Source: Nageia nagi
Lineage: Eukaryota > Plantae > Pinophyta
Assembly: GCA_050084985.1 (NCBI GenBank)
Contig: JBITNC010000001.1
Coordinates: forward strand, 9,982,001-10,046,000
DNA length: 64,000 nt
Reading direction: 5' to 3'
The first letter of the stretch is position 1. Each line of letters starts with the position of its first letter. Position numbers and translations under genes: made by a program. Below are positions 13,493 through 26,526 of this stretch, one piece after another. Under the pieces are notes generated by a model. That model saw only the letters and a list, made by a program, of their open reading frames with translations, made no database searches and was not told the DNA's origin.

Positions 13493-16400
13493 TGCTCCCC
13501 CTTGATGCTGAGGGGACTAACTAGCAAGTCTCTCAGTATCATAAACTGAGTTTTGTTTACTCCTTTGGTAAATAAATCTGCTATATTCTCCTTGGTGTTG
13601 ATGTGTTCCAAATCAACAATCTTCTTCTCCACCATGTCTCTGATGAAATGGTATTTCATATCAAAATGTTTGGACCTGCTGTGATGTACTGGATTATTTG
13701 CAAGTTGAATTGCACTAGCATTATCACAAAACAACTTAGTAGCATCTCTTTGTTGCTCACCAAGTTCTTCAAGAATCTTTCTCAACCACAATGCTTGGGT
13801 GCTTGCACTTGTGATTGCAATGTATTCTACCTCTATAGAAGATAGTGCAACGGTTGTTTGCTTCTTAGAACTCCATGTGATTAGTCCTGATCCAATGTTG
13901 AAGCAATTTCTGGAAGTAGACTTTCTATCATCAATATTGCTTCCCCAATCTGAATCACTATAGCCAACAAGTTTCACCTTGCTTTCTTTGTAGTAATGGA
14001 TGCCAAAACCAATGGTGCCTTTGATGTACCTCATGATCCTCTTGGTAGCCTTCATGTGAGTTTCGGTAGGTTCACTCATGTACCTAGAAATAAAAGAAAT
14101 AGCACATGCAATATCTGGATGAGTATTAGTGAGAAACATAAGACTCCCAACCATACTCCTATATGTGGTGACATCTACCCTTTCACTACCATCTTCCTTA
14201 CTCAATAACTCCCCATGAGCAATTGGAGTAGGAACTGGTTTACAATTTTCCATGCCATATTTGGACAACATATCTTTGGCATATTTGGTTTGACAAATAA
14301 AAATTTCACTATCATTTTGATACACTTCCATACCTAGGAAATAATGCATGAGACCTAGGTCTTTCATATCAAACTCTTTCATCATAGACTCTTTAAACTC
14401 TTCATTCATCTATCATTGCTTCCCATGTAAATCAAATCATCTACATACAAGCATACAATCATAATATCATTACATTTTTTTAAATAATAGAGAGTAGGCT
14501 CACTCTTGCTTTTCACAAGACCATATTGATGAAAGTATCCATCAATCCTTGAGTACCAAGCTCTAGGAGCTTGTTTGAGGCCATACAAGGCCTTCTTCAA
14601 TTTGTAGACCATGTCCTCTTTGCCTTTGATCTCAAATCCTTGAGGTTGTTGTACATATACCTCTTCTTGTATGTATCCATTCAAGAATGCACTCTTCACA
14701 TCAAGATGATGCACTCTCCATCCTTTTTGGGCAGCCAAGGATAGAACCAATCTAATTGTCTCTTGCCTTGCAACGGGTGCAAAAGTCTCCTCATAATCAA
14801 TGCCATACTTTTGAGTGTAACCTTTTGCCACTAGTCTTGCTTTGTGTTTTTGAATAGTGCCATTTGCATTATACTTTGTCTTGTAGACCCACTTGGAGCC
14901 TACTACCTTCTTTCCTTGGGAAGCTCAACTAGCTCCCAAGTATCATTTTTCTTGATGGAGTCCATCTCCTCTTGCATTGCTTTCATCCACAAATCATTAG
15001 TACATGCAATTTAATAACAAGAAGGTTCAACATTAATTATACTCATCAAAGCATAATTTACCACATCACCTTTTGATTCACCATCATTGCTATCTCCATA
15101 CAAGTGCATATTTTGAAGACTATTAACAACACTTTCCATTTCTTTAGCTTGTGCTCTTGTTATTCTTCTACCAAAGTTTTGATCAAGCATTTGTGATGAT
15201 GGATGATCAATCAAAAATTTCTTATGTTTCTTTAAATTTATTTTTGCTTCCTCCAAAGAACCATCACTAGAGGATTTTGAACTTGGTGAAGAACATGGGC
15301 TAGAATTGGAAGAACTTACTTGATTACCATCTTGAGGTATCTTTGCTTGCTTGAGCTGAATCTTTGCTTGCACATTTGGAGAGCCACTATCATTGGAATC
15401 ACCATCCAAATAGTATTTTTGATGACCCCATGCTCCCCCTTCATCAAAAATCACATCTCTAGATATAATAAGCTTTTTAGTTTTTGGATTGTACAATCTC
15501 CATGCTTTGGTATTTTCACAATACCCAATAAAGATACATGGTTCACTTTTTGCATCAAGATTTTGCCTTTTTTCTTTTGGAACATGAGCATAGGCTAAAC
15601 AACCAAAAACTTTCAAATGTGCAACAGTTGGCTTTTTGCCATACCAAGCTTCATATGGTGTCACCCCATCCAAACTAGAGGTAGGACATCTATTCAAGAG
15701 ATACATGGCTGTCCTAATTGCCTCCCCCCAATACATATTTGATAAATTCTTAGTTTGGAGCATACTTCTAGCCATATTATTCAAGGTTCTATTCTTTCTT
15801 TCAGCCACTCCATTTTGTTGTGGTGTATATGCACTTGTTAATTGCCTTTTAATTCCACAATTATTACAAAAATTGAAGAATTCATTGGAACAAAATTCAC
15901 CTCCTCTATCACTTCTTAAACACTTGATTGCATACCCAATTTCATTTTCCACTTTTATTTTTAATTATTTTAATTTATCAAATGTCTCATCTTTAGTTTT
16001 CAAGAAGTACACCCAACACATTCTTGAAAAATCATCAATGAAAGTGAGGAAGTAGTAGTTCTTACCAAGACTTTGAGTTTGCATAGGTCCACACAAATCA
16101 CTATGCACCAATTGTAGGGGATAGGAAGCCCTCCATGCTTGATCTTTTGGAAAGCTTTCTCTTTAATGCTTTCCCAATACACATCCTTCACAAATCTTCT
16201 TTGGATCATCTACTTTTGGAAGCCCATAAACCATCTCTTGAGAATCCAATGTCTTCAAACTTGAGAAATTTAAATGCCCATATCTCAAGTGCCACAACCA
16301 ATTTTTATTATCAATAGCCACATGTGCAAAAATGGTACCTTGCTCCCCAAATTTGAGAGGGAACAATCTATTTTTGGTCATTGGAATATTAGTAACAAGC

Positions 16401-17622
16401 CTATTCCCACTATCAAAAATCTTGCAAGCATTCTTTGCAAATAAAAGACTATAATTGTGCTCCATCATTTGACCAACACTCAAGAGATTATACTTCAAAT
16501 TGGGAATATGATAAACATCCTTTACCTTCTTAATACCTTCTTTGGTGTGCACATCCATAGCTCTAATTCCTTCAACATGCAAGGCTTTATCATCTCCAAG
16601 AGTGATCTTGGACTTATATGAGTTATTGATTGAAGAAAATAATTCTCCATTACCAGTCATATGATTGCTACAACCAGTATCAAGAAGCCATGTTTTTCCC
16701 ATGTTTTGATCAGATTTTCCATATGACAAGAAGAGTGAGGAAGGCTCTCCTTCCTCTCCATAGTTTGCACTCTCCTTTGCTTCATTTGCAGCCTTTGTTC
16801 TACACTCTTTCTCAAAGTGTCCATATTTATGGCAATAGTAACATTGCTTGTTACTTTTATCACCTCTTCCACTTCCTCTACCTTGAGGACCTTTTCTTCC
16901 TCTTCCTCTAAAGGGAGATCTTCCTCTACCTCTTCCATGGCCTTTGGCTTGGCCACTAGTTTCACCCTCTTTGGATGAAAAAGCTTTTTCTTCCATGCCT
17001 CCAAGATGTGGAGTTGAAGAAAACCTTTCCTCATGAGACATTAATGATCCTATGAGCTGATCATAGGTGAGAGTAGATAGATCCTTACTCTCCTCAATCA
17101 CAATGGAGACTTGGGTCCACTTGGGCAAAAGTGTTCTCAACACCTTTTTGAAAATCACCTCATTCTCTACTTCTTCTCTAAGAGCTCTCATTTTGTCTAC
17201 ACAAATCTTGGCTCTCAAATAATAGTCTCCAACCTTCTCATCTTCTCTCATCTTGAGATTTTCAAACTCCATTTTGAGAGTTTGCAACCTCACTTGATTG
17301 ACTTGTTTGCTACCTTCATAGCTCTCCTTCAAGACTTTCCAAGCTTCTTAGGCTGAAGTGCAACTTGTGATTCTTGGATAGATGGATTCATCTGAGGTAG
17401 CTTGAATGAAGTACATTGCCATGCTATTCTTATTTTGTGCCTCCTTCAAGGTTTGCTTTTGGGCAACTAGAACTAGACTCCAATCAGTAGGTTCATCATA
17501 GCCTTCTTCTATGATATCCCAATAGCCTTTACCAATGAGCAAATGCCTCATTTTGGTAGACCAATAATCATAGTTTTCTCCTTTGAATTCTGGAATTGGA
17601 ACATTCCCATTTGAATTTGCCA
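13471..17622 (-). pseudogene. Copia A gag-pol polyprotein, disrupted
   Basis: PEFKGENYDYW, CCHC knuckle (CYYCHKYGHFEKEC), [60 protein letters not shown]. Stops at 17348, 16163, 15965 and 15011; frameshifts near 14920 and 14407. Confidence 0.93.
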
Positions 17623-17755
17623 TTGCTACAATCACAATTGACAATCTTCTTCCAAGAGTTGTTGGATCCTCCTCAACTAAAGCTTTCAAAACTTCATACA
17701 AGTCACCTCACTCACTACTCAATCCCAATAGATTGAACTAGCTCTGATACCATAA

Positions 17756-18282
17756 TGAGAGAAATAATGGAGCTTACTGTCCATGGTTTATTGATGTCAA
17801 TATATAGCCTTGGGTTCTCAACAATCGAATCCACAAGGTTTACAAACTTACAAACAAGAAGTTAGAGAATTTACTATTCTCAACAACATTACAGATCATA
17901 GCCATCTCAGTCCAGGAGAAGTAGCTAAACATGAGATAACAATACTCCAAACATAGCTTAAAACATGCCTAATAAGATAACAAACAAACCCCTAAAATAT
18001 GAAGACAAAACAAACAGTAACAAGAAAGTTGTTACAAAAACAAACTCATTCTACCCGCACACTGTCGTTTTCTCTACACAGCGATCGACAGCGATCTTAT
18101 AGGATCATCGACGATCGGTGGAAATCGTTGGCGATCGACGGCAATCGGTGGCGATCGACGGTAATCGATGGCGATCGGTGGCAATCGATGGCGATCGGCG
18201 GTGATCGGTGGCGATCTCTGTCATAGGCGGATTTATTCCAGAACATTGCAAAAACACATATTATGGAGTCAAAGCTCCAACA
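17756..18282 (-). repeat. 5' LTR of Copia A, containing a 10-bp GCGATCGGTG-type minisatellite
   Basis: Adjacent to the PBS; about ten substitutions versus the 3' LTR outside the minisatellite (by eye). Confidence 0.97.
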
Positions 18283-19126
18283 CTTTTATGGGTCAAAATT
18301 GTAGAAATACTTTATCATCCATAGCAAATTCTTGAGGAGTTCTAATGATAGCAACATAATTCTTTTGATGATCAACAACTTTTTTGAGCCTTTGTCATAT
18401 TGACTTGAGTTGCTCTTCAATTTTATTTTACATACTAGGTTGGATCATCACCAGATCCTCTTGATTTTCCCAAGAGAGAGGAGTTTTGCTTCTTTTCCTA
18501 AAGATGAATGGTATCTATTATTGTAGGAAAACTCAACTAAATATAGGTAATATTCCCATTTATTCTTGTGTTCCATGCAATACATTCTAAGCATGTCTTC
18601 AAGAACTTTGTTCACATGTTTAGTATGTCCATCTATCTATGGATGATATGCTAACTCATATTTAATTTTGTGCCCAATGTCTTATGTAACAATTTCTAAA
18701 AGATGAAGGTGAACTTTGAATCTCTCTCTAAGATTATTACCTCTAGAAATCCATGTAATCTAAATATCTCATGTGCAAATTTATTTGCTACAATAGGAGA
18801 ATCATTAATGGTATTTCTAGGTATAAAGTGTACTACCATGGTTAATCTATAAACCACTACCAAAATTGAGTCATGATGGAACTTTATTGTCAGCAAACCA
18901 ACAATACAATCCATCAATATTACATGCCATTTATGTGTGGGGACATCATGTGGATATAGATATCCTCCAGGATGTTGATGCTCTACCTTTACTTTCTAAA
19001 ATTTGAAACACTTAGACATAAATTTTGCTATATCTCTCTTCATTCCATCCTGATAAAATTTTATTTCAGATATTTCCTCATTTTTGTACCTCTAGGATGA
19101 GCTACATATGGAGGTCAATGTGCTTC

Positions 19127-19814
19127 TTTCAATAAAATCCTAATATGATGAGGTACCCTTCCTCATCAATTCTTGGATATATTCATAATAATGATCCTCT
19201 TGTTGTATGATCCTAAATTTATCAAATAAATTAAATTGACTCCTAGTCATGGCTTTGAAATATCATCAATAGCTTTAACATGTTGTCAATGACTTAGGGC
19301 ATCTGCTACCTTATTTTCTTTCTCTTTCATGTATTCAATACTAAAATCATATTCAACTAGGAACTCCATCCATTACCTTTGCCTAAAATTTAAATTTGGT
19401 TGAGTAAAAATATATTTCAAACTTTGATGATCTATCTCAATTATGCTTCTTGCATGATAAAATTTCTTAAGTCATCATTTTCAATAATGATCAATCTATC
19501 CTTGAAATAAAGGATTCCATATTTTTCAATAAAATCCTAATATGATGAGGTACTCTTCCTCATTAATTCCTAGATAGATTCACCATAAGGATCCTCTTGC
19601 TTTAGGATCCTAACTTTATCAAAAAAATTAAATTAACTCCTAATCATTGCTTTGACATGTCATTAATGACATAGGGGATATGCAACCTTATTTTCTTTCC
19701 CTTTGATGTATTCAATACTAAAATCATATTCAGCTAGGAACTCCATCTATCACCTTTTCCTAGCATTGAAATCTAGTTGAGTGAACAAATATTTCAAACT
19801 TTGATGATCTATCT
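19127..19814. repeat. Internal ~300-bp duplication in the chromovirus pol (19127-19437 / 19524-19814)
   Basis: Both copies start TTTCAATAAAATCCTAATATGATGAGGTAC and end TATTTCAAACTTTGATGATCTATCT. Confidence 0.85.
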
Positions 19815-22444
19815 TAAGTTTGAAAGGTTTTCCCAAAAGATAGTGCCTCCACATTTTTAATGCATAAAATATGGCTACCAATTCAAGATCATGAGTTGCT
19901 TAATTCATCTAATGGGTCTTTAGTTTTCTAGATTCATATGTTAATGGGTTACCATTTTGTGAAAAAACTCCACCTAATCCTTCCAATGAAGCATCTATGC
20001 ATACTAAAAAATCACTATGTGGATTAGGGATAGTGAGTACAAGCATGGTATTGAGATTTTCTTTTAGGATAGCATAAGCTTTCTCACATTTTTCTTTCAA
20101 CTTAAAGACATTATTATTTTTCTTAAGGCTAGTTATAGGATTGGCTATTTTTGAAAAGTCCTTGAAAAATCTTTGGTAGTAGCCAGCTAACCTATAAAGC
20201 TTCTTATTTTAGTCACATTTTTTGGTGCAGGCTAACTCATTATTGCTTCCACTTTCTTAGGATCAACTAAGATCCCATTTGCAGAAGTAATATGGCCTAG
20301 GTATTGAATTTGTGAAACCTGAAATTCACATTTTGATAATTTTCCATATAATTGATTTCTTCTCAATACTTCTAAGGCCAACCTCAAACGATGGTTATGC
20401 TCCTCTTCATTTCTCCAATATGTGATAATATCATCAAGAAATACCAACACAAACTTATCAATATACTCTTGATATGCAATATTCATTAGATTCATGAAAG
20501 CTGAAAGGGCATTGGTCAACCCGAATGGTAGTACCACAAACTCATAGTTCAAGTACCTAGTTTTTAAAGATTTTTTGTGAGTATCTAAAATTTTAATCCT
20601 TAATTAATGATATCTCAATATTAATTCTATCTTATAAAATATAGTGGCATCCTTAATCTAACTAAATAAATCATCAATTATAGGTAGGGGATACCTATTT
20701 TTGATAGTGACTTTATTCAACATTTTGTAATTGATGCATAGCCTTAATGTACCATCCTTATTTTTTTACAAATAGAACTAAAGTGCCCCATGGAGATACA
20801 CTAGGTTTTATCAAACCCTTTTCTAAAAGATCCTACAATTGAACCTTTAACTCTTGTATTTCAATGGTATTCATTCTATATAGAGTTTTAGAAATAGGCT
20901 CTGCTCCAAGTACCAAATCTATTGAGAAGTCAAATTCTCATTTTGGAGGCAAACCCAGTAGATCATTAGGGAATACATATTCATATTCTAATAGCCAAGG
21001 GTACTTATTTAACACCTCTATGTCCTTCTCATTTTGTTACACCTCTTTAACCTTGACTACATAGACCATCTCCCTTTTTCTTATATTTTTTTATTTACAT
21101 GGTTGTGACCAAATAGGGTTCAAAAGGCCCTTGATTACTGTAAACTTTATATCTTTTTTGGGACTCATCTATGTACACCACCCCATGTTTTCTAAAATTT
21201 GATTAATTCCTTATGATCCATTAACCAATCCATGCCCAAAATTATATCATAAGAGGCTAACATAACTACATACAAGTCCCAAATAGTAGTTCCTTTGGGT
21301 AACTCTATATCAATATCTCTAAAACATTATTTAATAGTGTACTTTTTTCTAGATCCAAACTCAACTTGCCAACCATTTGTGAAAAATTCTCATATCTTAG
21401 GCATATCTATTATTAAAGAATTTAAAATGAAGCTATCTATAGCACCATAATCTAATAAAATCTTAAAATATTTGCTAAATACTTTACCCAAGATTTGCAA
21501 GTGAGTGGCTTAACCTCTAGTTTGTGCTGACCCAATTATTACAAAGATTCAATGCTCCTTTAGGTTGATCTATCTTCATTGGGAACTAATTTACGTAATG
21601 GGCACTACCACAGTTCTAGGACCATCTCTAGGAGCCTTTTTCTATTCTAGAAACTTGTCTTTGGGCATATTCTGACTAACCCTTTTATTCTTGAAACCCT
21701 TAGTTGTGATTATTATACTATTGGATTTCATTCCATTATCCATGATTCTACTTTCAAAATTGTTGATTCTTCCTTTGGAAATTCTTTTTTTTATTATTTT
21801 TTCTTCCAAGTGACCTTTTCTCAAACTTGGGTGGATTTCTTTCATTAGGATCATTATGGTGATTATCTTTGATTTTCTTGTTACATGGTTGTTGGGCTTG
21901 ATGTTCTTTCTCCTATTTCAAGAATCATGCATACTTATTATTCTAGTAGATTTCTTTATCCTTTTCTTAAATAATATTATATTTCATGAAGGTTTTCTTA
22001 ATACCCAAGTTTTTTTCTTCTCTCTATGCAAGATCATGCACATCCTTAAGCATCTTAGGGATTAACATATTTACCACAGTCTTAATTTTGGTATCTAGCC
22101 CAACAAGGAATCTATGGACCTTCAAATGATTCTTATATTTAGGAACATATTTAAGTAGCATGATAAATTTCTAGTGGTAACTTTGTACGCTCATGGATCC
22201 TTGTTGTAAACTATAATATTCTTCATACTTCTTTTCGTAAAAGAGTTGTGGGATGAATCTTTTACAAAAGGCTACAATAAATTCCTTCCACTTTAGATAC
22301 TAAATCTCATGCTCAATCTTATAAGAGTTCCACCATTCTAATGCAATGTCCTAAAAATTATAAGTAGCACACACTATCTTGGACTCAGGATACAAATTCT
22401 TCATGACTTATTCCTACTAGATATTAGTTTTCTCTTCTTCTTGC

Positions 22445-22907
22445 TGAAAGGAGAACCTCCTCTACCCAAGATCAACCTTTAAGAACAATCCTACTTCTAA
22501 TAACTCTCAATCAATCACACACAAGATGACACAAGGATGTATAGTGGTTCCTCTCAAGAATGAAATTACTCCACTTCAACTCTAGATCTTTACTTCTCAA
22601 GAACAATTCTTACAATATTACTCAACATATCTTCTTACAAAGAATGAGAATAACTTTGCTCTATTCAAATGTATATTACAATAAGGTCAAGCTCTCTATT
22701 TATAGGAGAGAACCCCATCTTAACTCACATTAACCCACCTTTTTACCAAGGGTTTACATGAGGATAAGAAGGGTCAAGTTGCACATATTTAATTTTTAAA
22801 TACTAAAAAGGTATTTATAAATACTTTTTAGTATTTAGATGAATTAAGTATGAGAGACACTTTATTTTACTTAGATACTAAAAAATAATGCATTATTAAT
22901 TCTAACA
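22445..22907 (-). repeat. 3' LTR of Copia B
   Basis: TGAAAGGAGA...TTCTAACA followed by the PPT complement CTCACCTTTA. Confidence 0.9.
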
Positions 22908-23354
22908 CTCACCTTTAATGCAATATTGGTATAGAATATAGTGAGAGAGTTCTCCTCCATAATATATACAATCAAATATAAGAACTATACATCTTGAGAA
23001 GTAATAGATCTTGGATAAGACTCAAATACTTAACCATTTTAATAAATAGTTTACAAAGCAATATTCATCAACCATATATGGTTCCAATATGTATTTTACA
23101 AGATGAGTCTCCGTAAGTTGCAAGAAGTAACTTGCAAGCTCCAAGCAACTCAAACACAAGATCAATTAGATGCATCATATATTCATATTATCATAAGATA
23201 GAGGAATAAAATAACACCATCCATAAACTAATCAAATGGTACACTACAAGTCATCACAAAGATGCTAGGCAAATCCAAAGTCAATTGTTGTATAAGAAAC
23301 ACATGTGTTGATCATCATTATCAAAAATAGGATATACATTCAATCATGCACATA

Positions 23355-23520
23355 CAAATTCTTCACACATGGACAACTAAATAGTGCTAACATGCACATA
23401 CTAGTTCTTCATACATGGATATTTAAATAGTGCAAGAAGTGTACAGATATTTTCATCTTATATGGATAACTAAAAAATGCCAACATGCACTTACTAGTTC
23501 CTCATACATGGAGAATCAAA
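23355..23520. repeat. ~46-bp degenerate tandem repeat in the Copia B 3' UTR (homologue in Copia C at ~27010-27095)
   Basis: Repeated TTC.TCA.ACATGGA.A..TAAATAGTGC motif, about 4 copies. Confidence 0.7.
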
Positions 23521-26042
23521 AAAATGTACATAAAGATCAACAATATACAATCCAAAAATCCTCAAAGGAGTAAAGTTTTCATCAAAAAAATATGAATTCA
23601 ACAAGAATTCAAACTCCACTCCCCCTTTAACTTCACCAACCTAAGATACACTTGAAGCTTGTAGAACTAAGTATCTAAAAGGGGCTTGATGAACAAATTA
23701 GTAGAGTTTTTGTTTAATGGACAATATTGAAGTTGCAAGGTGTTATCCAGAAATTTGCTCCTGATAAAGTGCACTTAGATTTTTAATTTCTTTTTTCTCT
23801 GATGGAACACAAGGTTCTTAGATAAATCAATGGATGATTGATTGTCTAAATATATTAAGGATGGGATAAACTACTCATACCCAACTTCTTTTAGAATATG
23901 CCTAAGCTAAATAGTTTCTTAGGTTGCAACAGTAATAGCTCTATATTACACTTCTATGGTGGATAAGGTGACTATAGGCTACTTATTAAAATACTAAGAT
24001 ATAGAACCTAATCCAATATTAGACACATATGAAGAAGTGGATTTCCTATCATCTTTTTCACCACCATAGTTAGAATTAGATAACCTTGAGAGAATAAAAG
24101 AAGGCAACGTAGAAAAATTAAGGGTAAGATCCTTTTTGCTCGTAATATACCTCAAAATCTTCTTAGCAGCATGAAGATGCTCAACATAAAGCTTGTGCAT
24201 AAACCTTACCATCAGATTTACTTCATAGGCAATATATGGCCTAGAGATAGTCAAATAAAGAAGACTACTAATAAGTTTCCTATATTTTTTGGCATCTATC
24301 AGTTGAGAGTTTGAGCTAGTCTCAAGCTTGATTCTAGGAGAAATAGGAATAGCCATAGGCTTACATTATTCCATTCCAAACTTCTACAAAATATCTGAGA
24401 TATACTTGGACTGACTTAAGTAGGTATAATCATTACATTGATACACTTCCATACCAAGGTATTAGTGTAAGAGATCAAGATAAATCATTTCATATTATGC
24501 ATTAATTTTGGTTATGCACTCATTTATGATCACCATATTATTCCCCATGATCAAAAGATCATACACATAGAGGAGGATTAATACCAAGTCTTTTCCTTCA
24601 TTGAGAACATAAAGATTTGAATCTGAGTAGCATTTGGAGAATCTAAGAGTCTAAAAATACTCTAAAATCTTCTTGTACCAAGATCTTGATTCTTGACTAA
24701 GTCCATACAAAGACTTATTTAGCTTGCACACATGAGACTTTTTCCTTGCATAACAAACCCTTCTAGTTGACTCATAAATATTTTAACATCTAAGTCACCA
24801 TTGAGAAAAGCACTCTTTACATCAAGCTGAAGCACCTTCCAACTTTGAGCTATTGAAAGAGCAAAGATTAATCTAACCATAGTCATCTTTGCTACTGGTG
24901 CAAAAGTTTTCTCATAATCAATTCCATACTTTTGAATAAAACCCTTAGCAACCAACCTTGCCTTATATTTTTCAATTTCATCATTTGAATTGTACTTGAC
25001 CTTATAGATCCACTTATTTCCAATGATATTCTTTGAGGATGAATCTGGAACTAAGTCTTAAGTTCCATTTTTCATAAGTTCCTCATATTATAACTTCATG
25101 GCATCCTTCCAAAAATAATGCTTAGACTCTTCCTTAAAGGTTGAAGGCTCATTATGATTATTAATTTAAGCAAGGAGAGACTTATTTAAATTCATTCTTC
25201 TAGTTATCCTTTGAGTTGAAGAATTTTATTCATGAGGTGACTTATCTGAAGAGATATCTAACCATTTAGGAATTTTCAAAGAGTCTTCAATCACTTCATT
25301 TGAAGATGACCCAATAGGAACCTCATTGAATTTGACATCCCTGGAAATAAAAATATTTTTTCTAAAGGAGAGTATAGTCTATACCCTCTATGTTGATTAT
25401 CATATCGCATAAAGATACATTTTTTTGATTTATTATCCAATTCTTCTTTTTTTAAAAACTATTGAGGAAAATGCTTCGCATCCAAAGACCCTTAAATGTA
25501 AGATATCAAGTTTCTTTCTTATCCATGTCTCGTAAGGAGTTTTTTCTTCAACTCCTTTTATGGGACATCTATTCAAGGTGTAGATAACAGTTCTCACAAC
25601 TTCACCCCATAAAAACATAGGAAGATTACCCATCATACATCTAGGCATCTCTATTATGGTCCTATTCTTCCTTTCTACAACACCATTTTGTTACAAAATA
25701 TAAGGAATAGTGAACTACCTTTTGATCTCATTATTTTCACAAAATTCATTGATCTTATTACTTACATATTCACCCCCATTATCTAACCTTAGCATCTTTA
25801 TCTTCATATTGGTTTGATTTTTGACTAAATCCATGAACTCCTTGAACATATCAAAGGTTTTATCTCTATGCTCTAGTAGATACCCAAAAGTCATCCTACT
25901 AAAGTCATCAATGAAAGTAAGAACATAAGATGCTCCTCCAAGAGACTTAGTTTGAAAAGGATCCATCAAATCTAAGTGAATCAATTGAAGAGGATGAGAT
26001 ACCCTAGTGGCCTTTTCTTTTTCAAATTATTACCTTTTCATT

Positions 26043-26526
26043 TGAGAGAATAACTATAACATAAGCAACTCTAAACTTTGAAGATCACATGAAAGCTCAC
26101 AAATCATATCTAAATAACTCACAAAGATAACTCAAGATGTAAGTGGTTCCTCCAACTAGGAGTACATCCACTAACTAGATCTCACTTCCTTCACAAATAT
26201 GAACTCTTACAATCCTTCTAAACTCATCTCTTAAACACTATCCTCTAGCATAACTTTACTCCATAAATTAGTGTTTGATCCAAAGAGGGAGCCTTCTATT
26301 TATAGGCCAAAATCCTTCTTTGGATCACCCTTTTACCTAATGTACAAAAACATGACATGCACATCCTTTTACCTAAGGGGCATGCTCATGACATGGAGTG
26401 TAGGACAAGTTACATTATTATATTCACTTAAATACGTAAGGTATCAAATGATACCCTTAAGTATTAGTGAACTTACATAGAAGATTATTACAAAACCTTT
26501 ACAATAATGCATTATACATTCCAACA
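26043..26526 (-). repeat. 3' LTR of Copia C
   Basis: Matches 33833-34328. Confidence 0.93.

Larger units (their letters stand above)
12970..18282 (-). mobile_element. Full-length Ty1/Copia retrotransposon A (5.3 kb, Ivana/Oryco-like)
   Basis: Two highly similar TG..CA LTRs (12970-13492, 17756-18282), perfect 5-bp TSD CTTTT (12965-69 / 18283-87), tRNA-iMet PBS at 17741-17752, PPT at ~13493-13503, gag-PR-INT-RT-RH order. Confidence 0.97.

Noticed and set aside
13603-17356. Plus-strand and alternate-frame ORFs over Copia A
   Set aside because: Shadow ORFs of the gag-pol frame with no recognisable motifs.
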